From the NCBI GenBank assembly GCA_963841825.1, contig CAWJEL010000034.1, positions 374-64,373 on the forward strand: a stretch of 64,000 nucleotides of DNA, in the 5' to 3' direction. Made by a program: the position numbers and the translations under genes. This DNA is from an uncultured Chloroflexia bacterium (GTDB lineage: Bacteria > Chloroflexota > Anaerolineae > CG2-30-64-16). Positions within the stretch are counted from its first letter, which is position 1. Every line of letters begins with the position of its first letter. Positions 49,463-58,217 of this stretch are shown here, one piece after another. The notes under the pieces are model-generated. The model was not told the DNA's origin, made no database searches, and saw nothing but the letters and a program-made list of their open reading frames with translations.

Positions 49463-49772
49463 TCACCCTCTCCAGCAGAAAGACGACCGGTCGATAGCCA
49501 TCCGTGCAGCAGGTGACGAACATCTCCTGCCCGCCTCTGGCGATGCCGTACACCAGCTTTTGGATGTCGGCCCACGCCCAGCCGCAGAAGCCCTCCGGCA
49601 TGGCCCACGGCGCGTCGCCTGACACCTCGAATCGCTGGCCGATCTCGAAATGCTTGCACTCCGTCCAGATGTCAGGGTTAGCCGCGTATTTGGCGACGAA
49701 CTCCTGGTGGAAGTGTTTCTTGAGCACGGTGATGCGCACGGGATGTTTCTCGACGGTGAAGTTTTCGCTCAT
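49449..49772 (-). CDS. Small Cys-containing protein, TIGR04076-like
   Basis: 107 aa with [23 protein letters not shown] and [18 protein letters not shown], which resemble the TIGR04076 family as I recall it. Confidence 0.65.
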   Translation of the reverse strand: MSENFTVEKHPVRITVLKKHFHQEFVAKYAANPDIWTECKHFEIGQRFEVSGDAPWAMPEGFCGWAWADIQKLVYGIARGGQEMFVTCCTDGYRPVVFLLERVIRDA

Positions 49773-49804
49773 GACCGCTGCCTTTTCTGGAATTCAAATG
49801 GCCG

Positions 49805-51226
49805 CTACGCGCCCAACTTCCGGTACTCGCCGGCAAAATAACGCCGGATTCGCTCCTGAACCGCCTCGCTGTGCGGCGACCGGGCGCTTGCCGCGATCTG
49901 CTCGGCGCGCTGGTGGGCGCGCGTCAGGAGCGAGGGCGGATTCGCCTCGCTGCCGCCGGTGTAGTCAAGCAGCTCGTGCGCGAAGAACTCGTCCGACCGC
50001 AGGAAGCGCAGGGTCAGGTCGTCTATCAGGAAGTTGCCGCCGGGGCCGGCGCGCTCGATGTTCTCCACGCCCAGCCGCAGCTCATCCATGCGGATCCCGC
50101 GCTGCAGATATTGTGCCGACGCCAGCCAGGCGGTGTGGATCAGCATCATCTCGGCCGACATGCCGATGGCGTTGTAGGTCGAGCCGATGCCGGCCAGCAG
50201 GTGGGCGCCGGAATTGAGCGCGCTCAGCATGAAAAGCATCCCCTCAGCCCCGTTCTGCTGATCGTAGCGGTGGGTCATGGTGCCGCCGCATTCGGCGGCC
50301 ACCGGCATGCGGTACGCCTTGCCGAGCTGGACCGCGGCGGTCTTCCACAGCACCTTGTCCAACGTGTAATACATGTCGTGGGTGGATCGCATGTGCCCCA
50401 CCGAGAGGCCCGACGCATATAGGTAGGGATTGCCGCGCCGCGCCGCCTGCGTCAACGCAGCCATGCCGATGACCTCCACATTGCTCTGGAGCAATGTGCC
50501 AGCCATACTGTACGGGCTGGTCATGCCTGCGATCGGGCAGACCGTGGGGACGACGGGGAAGCCGCGGCTGCACGCGTCCAGCAGGAAGGCGACATTCAAA
50601 TCGGAGCAGGCCAGCGGGCTGAGCGATCCCACGGCGACCGTCATCGACGCGCCGCCGGGATCGCGGCCGTCGAACATGATTTCGGCGAGCGCCAGGTAGT
50701 GGCGATAGCGGATCATGTCGGTGGCCATGTTGTAGAAGTGCTTGGCGTGTCCCAGCGCCCACGCCTCCATGGCCCGCAGGCTGGAGATGGGCTCCGGCAC
50801 ATCGGTCAGCGGAAAGTCCATCAGGCTGCTGGCGACCACCATGGGCAGCGCCTGGACGATCGTGGTGTGCCGGCGCAGATCATCGAGGCATGGCCGGCGC
50901 GGCTCGCCGGTTTCGTAATCGATGATCCACGGATCGGTGACGATGGCCAGGCAACCGGGCGGCGCGGCGTTGTCGCCCACCACATGCCGCAGGCCGCCGG
51001 CGCCCGCGATGGTGTAGGTCGCGGGCACCGCCGCCAGCAACTCCCGCAGCACGGGCCGCGGGAAGCGGACGCGGCCCTCGGCCTCGTCCACCCGAGCGCC
51101 GGCCGCGCGACAGCGCGCCAGGAGTTCCGGGTGCGTCACGCCCAGGCCGGTCCGTTCGAGGATCTCCTCGGTCTTCTCCATGATCAGGGCAACCTGGCCT
51201 TCGGTAAGCGCTTCGGACAGAATCAT
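49805..51226 (-). CDS. MttB superfamily protein, non-pyrrolysine
   Basis: 473 aa from MILSEALTEGQ (after AAGGAG) as one uninterrupted ORF. It shows IMEKTEEILERTGLGV, GFPVVPTVCPIAGMTSPYSMAGTLLQ and ERAGPGGNFL. Confidence 0.8.
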   Translation of the reverse strand: MILSEALTEGQVALIMEKTEEILERTGLGVTHPELLARCRAAGARVDEAEGRVRFPRPVLRELLAAVPATYTIAGAGGLRHVVGDNAAPPGCLAIVTDPWIIDYETGEPRRPCLDDLRRHTTIVQALPMVVASSLMDFPLTDVPEPISSLRAMEAWALGHAKHFYNMATDMIRYRHYLALAEIMFDGRDPGGASMTVAVGSLSPLACSDLNVAFLLDACSRGFPVVPTVCPIAGMTSPYSMAGTLLQSNVEVIGMAALTQAARRGNPYLYASGLSVGHMRSTHDMYYTLDKVLWKTAAVQLGKAYRMPVAAECGGTMTHRYDQQNGAEGMLFMLSALNSGAHLLAGIGSTYNAIGMSAEMMLIHTAWLASAQYLQRGIRMDELRLGVENIERAGPGGNFLIDDLTLRFLRSDEFFAHELLDYTGGSEANPPSLLTRAHQRAEQIAASARSPHSEAVQERIRRYFAGEYRKLGA

Positions 51227-51246
51227 GCGTGTGTCTCCTTTGGGTG

Positions 51247-51377
51247 TTGGTAGATTGGTAGATTGGTAGGTTGGTAGGTTGGTAGGTTGGTGCATCGGAA
51301 ACCGAGTCTACCCGTTTACCAATCCACCAGTTTACCAATCCACCAGTTTACCAATCTACCAGTTTACCAATCACCAG
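51247..51377. repeat. Octamer array (TTGGTAGR)x5 plus 4 copies of 16-mer CAGTTTACCAATCYAC in opposed polarity
   Basis: The 8-mers lie at 51247-51286 and the 16-mers at 51312-51374. The TACCAA core of the 16-mer is the complement of the 8-mer core TTGGTA. Confidence 0.9.
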
Positions 51378-51404
51378 ATACCGCGAGAAAGCCGGGCCTA
51401 CACT

Positions 51405-52421
51405 TCAACGATCCGTCATCCCCAGCAACCGCCGAATGTTGTGGCAGAAGATGTCCTCCACCTGGCTGTCGGTGAGCCGGCAGTGCCAGGCGGCCTGCTT
51501 GAGCACGCGCAGCGACTCCAGACCGACGAAGACCGGCTGCAACGGCTGAAACGAGGCGGTCTTCCAGTCCAACGTATCGTCGTAGAGCCAGATGAACCCG
51601 TCGCCGATCGCCACGCAGCGGCCGCGCAGGTGGCTCACCGGGAAATCGGTGCCGTAGAGCAGCTTGTCGTGCCCCAGGATTTCGATGATCGCCTCGCACG
51701 CGCCGATGTCGGCCACGGCGGACATGTCACACCAGAGGTTTGGCAGTCCGCCCAGGGCAGTCAAACCTTTGATGGTGTGATACGGATTGAACCCGCGCGC
51801 CGCGTGGGCCAGGATGAGTTGCATGTCCGGGTAGGTCTCGCAGTAGTGGCGGATCCAATGCTGGTTGGAGGGATCCGCAACCGCCCGTGCCTTGACCATG
51901 TGCAGGGTGATGCAGAGCCCCTCCTCGTGCGCTACTTTAACCTGTGCTTCCGGCAGATAATCAGGAATGTCGGCCTCCCACGATGGCATCCTGCTGCTCT
52001 GCACGTGATAACACTTCAGCCCCGCCAGGCCGAGACGGCGAACCTCGCCGCGCACGTATTCGGGGTCCATAGCGGGCGAGATCAGCATGGCGCCGCGCCA
52101 GCCGGGGTTGGCGGCGGCCTCGGCCGCGGTGAACGCGTTCTGGGCCTCGACCTGCTCACCGAGCGCGCCGACCGCGCCGGGCAGGATCAGGCCGCCAGCG
52201 ACGCGACGACCGGGCAACAGCTCGGCCACGCGCTGCTGGTAGGCTGACAGGTCGATGACATCTTCCTCCAACTGCTGGAACGCGTCGTAGCCTGTCGGGG
52301 GCAGGTGCGACTTCGCCCAGAGGTGCATGTGGGCGTCACAGATAGTGTCGGGAACGAAGCTGTCCAGCTCGCGCCGGAAAAGCTCGAGATCGGCCTCAGT
52401 GGCGTGTGAAACGATAGGCAT
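51405..52421 (-). CDS. Amidohydrolase_2-type protein
   Basis: 338 aa from MPIVSHATEADLELF (after GGAGG), with ICDAHMHLW and LLYGTDFPV. Confidence 0.8.
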   Translation of the reverse strand: MPIVSHATEADLELFRRELDSFVPDTICDAHMHLWAKSHLPPTGYDAFQQLEEDVIDLSAYQQRVAELLPGRRVAGGLILPGAVGALGEQVEAQNAFTAAEAAANPGWRGAMLISPAMDPEYVRGEVRRLGLAGLKCYHVQSSRMPSWEADIPDYLPEAQVKVAHEEGLCITLHMVKARAVADPSNQHWIRHYCETYPDMQLILAHAARGFNPYHTIKGLTALGGLPNLWCDMSAVADIGACEAIIEILGHDKLLYGTDFPVSHLRGRCVAIGDGFIWLYDDTLDWKTASFQPLQPVFVGLESLRVLKQAAWHCRLTDSQVEDIFCHNIRRLLGMTDR

Positions 52422-52434
52422 GATTCCTCCAGAG

Positions 52435-52507
52435 GACGATGGACGATGGACCATTGACGATGGACCATTGACCATGGACCATCGTCGGTCGTCCATCGTC
52501 CATCGTC
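52435..52507. repeat. Perfect 17-bp inverted repeat built from GACGATGGAC-type units
   Basis: GACGATGGACGATGGAC (52435-52451) pairs with GTCCATCGTCCATCGTC (52491-52507). The interior is also self-complementary. The repeat starts 4 nt upstream of the SD. Confidence 0.9.
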
Positions 52508-52520
52508 AGTCGTCAACACC

Positions 52521-53487
52521 CTACTTCGTCGGCCCCTGCCACTCCCCCATGTCCGCCGGCCACGTACCGGGGTTGAGCTGATTGTGGTCGCTCACCGTGA
52601 CCTGCCGGATGGCCGTGATCAGCGCCGGCGTCAATGGTCCGCCATTGGCGAAAGCCAGGGCGGCTTCCAATTCCTCGCTGCGGGCCGTGCCAACCAACGC
52701 GGTCGTCACGGCGGGATGCGTCAGGACGAAACGGTAGGCCATTTCGGGCAGGCTGCACCCTTCCCCATCCGCCAGGCGGCTCAGTTGTGCGATCGCCGAC
52801 CGCAGCTCGGCCAACTGCTCCGGGAGGAGGGCGAAGCGATGTGTCAACACCCCCCGCAGCAACACAGAGCGCACGATGACGCCCACGTCCTGCTGCTGTG
52901 CCCGCGGCAGCACAAGTTCCTCCAGTGACCTGTCGGCCAGGTTGTACGCGATCTGGAGGGTATCGTAGCCGCCGTCCTCCAGAGCAGCGAGCGGCGCCGT
53001 CTTCGCCGTAAGTTGACGCGCCGATGAACCGCACCTGGCCGGCCCGTTGGACCTCCCGGGCCGCCGCCAGCACCCGGCCGCTTGTGATCACATCGGCCGG
53101 CGCCCAGTGAAGCTGAAGCAGGTCAATGACATCCGTTTGCAGCATCCGCAGGCTCTCGGCAATGGAAGCCTTAACTTGTTCGCGCAGCTCCCCATCCGAC
53201 TGGCCCTCTTCGCGGATCGGTGCGAGCTTGCTGGCCAGGATATACGCATTCCGTCTGCCCTTGAGCGCCCGGCCGATAACCTCTTCGCTGGCGCCGTACG
53301 CGCGGGCGGTGTCGATGAAATTGACGCCGAGGTCGAGCGCCCGGTTGAGCAGCCGCGCAGCGTGCTCTTCCGGTGGCCGTAGGTGCTCGCCGGCGACCGG
53401 CACCCCATAGTCCAGGCCGATCTCCACCGTGCCGAGCGAGATTTCTGAGACTTCCAGTTCCGTGCGACCCAAACGACGATAATTCAT
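52521..53487 (-). CDS. Aldo/keto reductase, one frame break near 52990
   Basis: MNYRRLGRTELEVSEISLGT and NFIDTARAYG. The C-terminal half (LAALEDGGYDTLQIAYNL...VIVRSVLLRGVL) lies in the frame of ORF 52521-52913. Confidence 0.8.
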
Positions 53488-53490
53488 ATG

Positions 53491-54558
53491 TTAGGCCTTC
53501 TCTTGGGCGCTGGCAAACGCGCAAAGGGCTAACCCTCGCGGGTCAAGGGCGGCGAGGAACTCCGCCAGTTCGGTGTCGTCCAGCTCCCCGGTGATGACCA
53601 GGCTCTTCCCCTGGAGCTGGACCCGGTGACAACAGGCGAGCACGCCCGCTTTGTCCCATACACCGGTCTCCCGGTCCAGGTTGATCTGGATTGCCCGCGT
53701 CTCGGGCAGGGCCAGCAGGGCATCTAACTGGTGCAGGCCGGTCGCGTGCAGATGTGTGACCGAGTAGGGGAACGTGCTCAGCACCCGCCGATCATAAGCC
53801 AGGAAATGCTCTCGGTACATGCGCGGGGAGAACAGGTTCGATGCATCGATCTGGTAGTCAAGCAACGGACCGGCCGCGTAAACGCGCCAGGTGGAGACAT
53901 AGCCTCCGTGCCACAATCTGCGCCGTGCCAAGTCCCGACGTGCAATCGCGATGTAGAGCTCGGTGAACCGATCTGCCAGCGCGGCGAGTTCATCCGGATA
54001 ATCGTGGACTGCCAGGCACAGCCGGGCCTCGCCCAGGTACGCGGCGAGCATGTCGATCACCCCGCGCAAATGCAACTGCTGCACGGGGTGCGCGTCGCCC
54101 GCGGCCGCCACGGCCCGGTCCAGAACCGCGTCCATCACGCTGAGCCAGGGGGAGCCGAGTGCCGCCTGAACCGAAAAGGCCGCCGCGGCCTCAGGCATAA
54201 CCATGCTGACCGGCCTGGCGACGACGCTGGTGTCTGAGGCCAGGATGGGACAACCCAGCAGGCTCTCCATCCAGGCCTGCGGATAGACACAGCCGGCGGA
54301 TAAAAGGAGGTCGCCCACGGTCAGCTCGGGCGGCGGTCTGTCCAATCCCAGCAGCCGCTCGATATCCACATCCGCCGGTGTGAGTGGGGACGGGCCTACC
54401 ACGTTCTCACCGGAGCTGATGGGGTAGGGTTTCCTGGCCCACTGGTGGGGCGGCAGACGAGCCAGCAGCGGCCGGTCGGCCGGCCCTCGTTCCCAGAAGT
54501 GGCTGTGCCGGTCGAGCAGGGCATCCAGACCCGGATCGGATTCCCCTGCATGTAACAC
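53491..54558 (-). CDS. Hypothetical protein, possibly a very divergent URO-D-like fold
   Basis: 355-aa ORF. Its length and blocks such as LFSPRMYREHFLAYDRRVL are reminiscent of the URO-D-like paralogues, but the similarity is weak. Confidence 0.5.
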   Translation of the reverse strand: MLHAGESDPGLDALLDRHSHFWERGPADRPLLARLPPHQWARKPYPISSGENVVGPSPLTPADVDIERLLGLDRPPPELTVGDLLLSAGCVYPQAWMESLLGCPILASDTSVVARPVSMVMPEAAAAFSVQAALGSPWLSVMDAVLDRAVAAAGDAHPVQQLHLRGVIDMLAAYLGEARLCLAVHDYPDELAALADRFTELYIAIARRDLARRRLWHGGYVSTWRVYAAGPLLDYQIDASNLFSPRMYREHFLAYDRRVLSTFPYSVTHLHATGLHQLDALLALPETRAIQINLDRETGVWDKAGVLACCHRVQLQGKSLVITGELDDTELAEFLAALDPRGLALCAFASAQEKA

Positions 54559-54610
54559 TTGTTTCGTGATGATTCCTTTGTGGATGATTTGCGGGCATAC
54601 CGGGCGTGGT

Positions 54611-55396
54611 CTAGGCCAGGATGACCTGGATGCCCAGGCGGCGCATTTGCTCCAGGAAGCCCTCAGGGGCTCCCGGGTCAGTTACGAGCACATGGACCTT
54701 ATCGAGCGGGATGATGGTCGTGAGGCCCGCGCAACCGATCTTGCTCGAATCGGCAACGACAATGATTTTGGCGGCCGCCCTGACCATCGCTCGATCCACT
54801 TCGGCCTCCAGCACATTGGCGGTCGTCAACCCGTGGTCGAACGTCAAGCCATCGGTGCCGAGGAACATCTTGTCGGCATGCAGGCCGCGCAGATTCTCGA
54901 CAGCCTGCGGACCCACGACGACGCGATATTCGGGAAGATAGATGCCGCCGAGCAGTAGCAGGTGTGCCCAGGGGCGATGACCGAGTTCCTGGACAATCGG
55001 GAGGGAAGATGTGATCGCGGTCAGGTTGATTGTGTCAGCCTGGTCACCGTTGAGGGCGCGAGCGACCTCAAGCACCGTCGTCCCGGAGTCAAAAATCACA
55101 CGCTCGCCGGGGCGCACAAGCGCCGCGGCGACGCGCCCGATGCGGCGCTTGTCGTCCACGTGAGCGGTTGTGGTCGACGCCAGCTCCCCGGCGCTGCTGC
55201 CGACGGCAACCGCCACTGCGCCGCCATGTACCCTCTGGAGCAACCCCTCGCGCTCCAAGCGTTCCAGGTCACGGCGGATGGAGACCTCGGAGATGCCGAA
55301 TTGCCGGCTGAGTTCGACAACATGCACGACGTTTTCTCGTGCAAGCTGCTGCGTAATGCTTTCGCGTCGTTTGTCAGCATTCGAGAGAACAGTCAT
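54611..55396 (-). CDS. DeoR/GlpR family transcriptional regulator (paralogue of 17476-18255)
   Basis: 261 aa with ISEVSIRRDLERLEREGLLQRVHGGA. It shares the blocks LHADKMFLGTDGLTF, TTANVLEAEVDRAMVRAA and VVADSSKIG. Confidence 0.9.
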   Translation of the reverse strand: MTVLSNADKRRESITQQLARENVVHVVELSRQFGISEVSIRRDLERLEREGLLQRVHGGAVAVAVGSSAGELASTTTAHVDDKRRIGRVAAALVRPGERVIFDSGTTVLEVARALNGDQADTINLTAITSSLPIVQELGHRPWAHLLLLGGIYLPEYRVVVGPQAVENLRGLHADKMFLGTDGLTFDHGLTTANVLEAEVDRAMVRAAAKIIVVADSSKIGCAGLTTIIPLDKVHVLVTDPGAPEGFLEQMRRLGIQVILA

Positions 55397-55431
55397 TGCA
55401 CACGCTCCGTGATTTGAGCTTCAGCGACCTT

Positions 55432-55554
55432 GTACTACAACCGCACTTCATACTTGCACGGGCGCTGAGCGTGTCGAAGCACAAGCGCTGACCTTGCTGG
55501 CGACCGCCTTTCGACGGACTCAAGGCTCGTTTGTAGGAAATGCGGTTGTGGTAC
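55432..55554. repeat. MITE-like element family 2 (copy 2)
   Basis: GTACTACAACCGCAC ... TGCGGTTGTGGTAC with internal CGCCTTTCGA...ACTCAAGG. Confidence 0.7.
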
Positions 55555-56306
55555 TAGCCGAGCCGCAGCAAGCGGCGTGCATTATCGCCGATGATCTGGC
55601 GTTTGGCCGCGTCTGAAATCGCGGCCGTGATAATCTTGCCCAGTTGTGCGCGTGGATCCATCAGCGGGATATCCGAGCCAAAGATGACCCGATCCGCACC
55701 TGCCTCCTTCACCAGTTGTTCGATCACGCCCGGGGTGCGAAAGGTGGAGGCGGTTTCCAGGTAGACGTTGGGATGGGCCTGCGCCGCGGCAATCGCCTGG
55801 CCGTGCTCGACGGGGGTGTTGCCGGCGTGCCCCATCACGAAATGGGCGCGCGGGTAGTGAGGCGCAATCTCGCCGATCAGCTTGGGTAATGACTGGGGTT
55901 CAGCACCCGTGTGGAAGATTACGGCCAGGCCGCGCGCGTCGGCAAAGCGATAGATCGGTTCCCAGGGCAGCTCGTTCAGCGGCCAGGGTGTATAGGGTGG
56001 ATAAAGTTTGATCGCAGCGAAGCCCAGTACGTCAAATGCCCGGCTCAGTTCGGGCAGCATGCGCTCCGGCATCAACGGCGAGACATAGGCGAAGCCGATG
56101 AAACGCTGCGGGTGTTGCGCCACGAAGCGGGCCGTCAAGTCGTTTCCGGTCGTTCCATCAGGGTGAAAGATGTTGAAAACGCAGGCCCGATCGATGCCGG
56201 CCGCGTCCATGGCGTGCAGCATGCGCGCCGGTTCATCGAGCATGCCGTAGCGGTCCCACCGGCCGACATGGCCGTGAAAGTCGATGACTTGAACGCCATC
56301 GATCAT
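55554..56306 (-). CDS. Amidohydrolase_2-type protein
   Basis: 250 aa with VIDFHGHVG and VIFGSDIP. Confidence 0.85.
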   Translation of the reverse strand: MIDGVQVIDFHGHVGRWDRYGMLDEPARMLHAMDAAGIDRACVFNIFHPDGTTGNDLTARFVAQHPQRFIGFAYVSPLMPERMLPELSRAFDVLGFAAIKLYPPYTPWPLNELPWEPIYRFADARGLAVIFHTGAEPQSLPKLIGEIAPHYPRAHFVMGHAGNTPVEHGQAIAAAQAHPNVYLETASTFRTPGVIEQLVKEAGADRVIFGSDIPLMDPRAQLGKIITAAISDAAKRQIIGDNARRLLRLG

Positions 56307-56318
56307 GCCATCACCTTC

Positions 56319-56408
56319 CCTTCGATCCTTCGATCCTTCGACCCCGCTCAGGACAGGCTTCGCTCAGGACAGGCTCCGCGCTGGAGAGGCTTCGCTCAGG
56401 GCAGGCGC
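56319..56408. repeat. Short tandem repeats: (CCTTCGAY)x3 then 4 degenerate 16-mers CGCTCAGGACAGGCTY
   Basis: The 8-mers lie at 56319-56342 and the 16-mers at 56345-56408. The last copies encode the C-terminus and stop of gene 56364-57165. Confidence 0.8.
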
Positions 56409-57165
56409 CAGGATCCGCTCCAGATTGCCCGCGCAGACCAACGCCAGCTCAGCTTCGTTCAGATCAGTATGGTGCAGGTAAAACAACACCGGTCCCATGG
56501 CGTACTGCGAGTACCACGAGCCATAAATCAGCCGGCTGGCGCCGAATTCGTCACGCAATGCCTCGATCTCACCGATCGGCTCGTAACGACTCAATTCCAG
56601 GTGGGCGTTGGGCAAGCGGGCCAACAGCGGGCGCACCTGGAGATGATGGACATAATGTGCACCGACCAACACCGTCACCAGATCAGGATGGCCCTGCAAG
56701 GTCGTCACCAACTCATCGGCGTCCGCACTGGGCAGCGGGATCCAGACCGGGATGTGTTGCGCGTCCAGCCAGGCCAGGAGCGGGTCGTAGGCCCAGGGGC
56801 GGAAGGGCAAGCCCGCCATGCGCGTATCGTGCAAGCGCACGGATGTCACGCGGCCCTGCCGATGCAGTGCTTGCAGTTGCGCCAGCGAGGCCGCCGTGGG
56901 CAGGACCGACCATTGCGGAACCAGGCGGGCATCGCATGCCCCGTTTTTTAGGGCATCCATCTCCAACCAGGATTCCAACAGGACGTTACCTTCGACCGGG
57001 CTGACCTCTTCTGTGAGGGCGTGGTAGATGACCGCCCGCTCGACGCCGTGCCGGTCCATTTCGGACAGCAATGCTGCCCGATCGTGGCAGGGCGCTGGTT
57101 GCTCGGGCAGGTCGCCGACGCGGACGTTGGCATCAAAGACCGGGACGCGCTGGCTGGAAGGTCAT
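56364..57165 (-). CDS. Degenerate amidohydrolase_2-like protein lacking the HxH motif, one frame break near 57140-57160
   Basis: The N-terminus reads VFDANVRVG where paralogues have IDxHxH, and GSWYSQY where paralogues have GSDxP. The ATG at 57165 is in a different frame from the body. Confidence 0.6.
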
Positions 57166-57170
57166 CGATC

Positions 57171-58110
57171 TCATGACATATCCCGAAGTTCAGGGTACGC
57201 CAGCCACTCCGGGAAGCGTTCATGCAGGATGCGTTTGCAGGCCTGGTATTGTTCCTCTCTGAAGCATTGATAGGGAGAAAGCAGGCGCAGCGGCATTTCC
57301 TCCAGGCCGCTCAGGCGGACCAACATCTTGTCATACGCGCCATCGATCCGTTCTTCCGCGAGGACGGGACCAAACACGCCATACAGCATGTCATGAAATT
57401 CTTTCTGCAGGGTGAACAAAGCGTCCATGTCGCCCTTGCGCCCGGCATCGAACAGCGCCTTGGTCTTGTGGGGAGACATCGCCCCGAAGGATGCGAGCAG
57501 TGAGCACTCGCCGTACAGACACCCGTGTGGGAAGTTCGCCTCGCCGAAGAAGTGCTGCAATTCCGGCGCCTGGGTCATGAGCGAGGCGGCCCTGTCCATG
57601 CCGCCGCCGGTGTTCTTTGTGGCGACCAGGTTTGGCACGGCATCGATCAGTCGGCGATAATCCGGGCCCATCAACACGCGCTTGGCGCGCGGCAGGTTGT
57701 AGTGGAGGAATTGCGCATCGGGAAATGCCCCGCAGACATCGCTGAAGAAGGTCATGACCTCTCTGTCATTGAGAGCGCCCCAGGAGGGCAGGGTGACCTG
57801 GAACACGCGAAAACCCACCCGGTGCGCGGTACGCGACACGCTCGACGATATTGGCGGTCGAGAGCCCGATCACGCCGACCATGGGATGGATGTTTGCCCC
57901 TCGCGTTTCCTCGTAAAAGATGCGCACGATCTGTTGGAAACGCGCCGTGTCCACCGCATAGCCTTCACCCGCCGTGCCGAACACGTAGATATGGTCGAAG
58001 TGTTGGCGCGCGCCACGCACCTCGCAGCGGAACACATCCTCCAGCAGTTGTTCGTCGTCATCCCAGGGAATTTCACAGGAAACCAGGATTGCTTGTGGAT
58101 AGCGAGCCAT
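57171..58110 (-). CDS. DHDPS / N-acetylneuraminate lyase (class I aldolase) family protein, one frame break near 57845
   Basis: VFGTAGEGYAV (GTxGE), LHYNLPRAK (YNxP) and NLVATKNTGG (Schiff-base Lys context). Confidence 0.75.
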
Positions 58111-58145
58111 CGCGACCTCTTCTGTGGACGGGTTGATGCACCGTC

Positions 58146-58174
58146 AATGTAGCATGAGTTTCGATTCGTGTCAA
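58146..58174 (-). promoter_or_regulatory. Sigma-70-type promoter TTGACA-N17-TACATT with embedded ATCGAAAC operator-like motif
   Basis: Read on the minus strand it is TATTGACAcgaatcgaaactcatgcTACATT, about 36 nt upstream of the ATG at 58110. Confidence 0.6.
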
Positions 58175-58217
58175 TAGGGTATTAGTAAGACGCACATCCT
58201 GTGGCTGGAAGTGATCG

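Noticed and set aside
51279-52247. 322-aa plus-strand ORF starting in the octamer/16-mer repeat region and running antisense to the amidohydrolase gene.
   Set aside because: Its N-terminus is a translated tandem repeat. The remainder is antisense to a gene with HxH and GTD amidohydrolase motifs.
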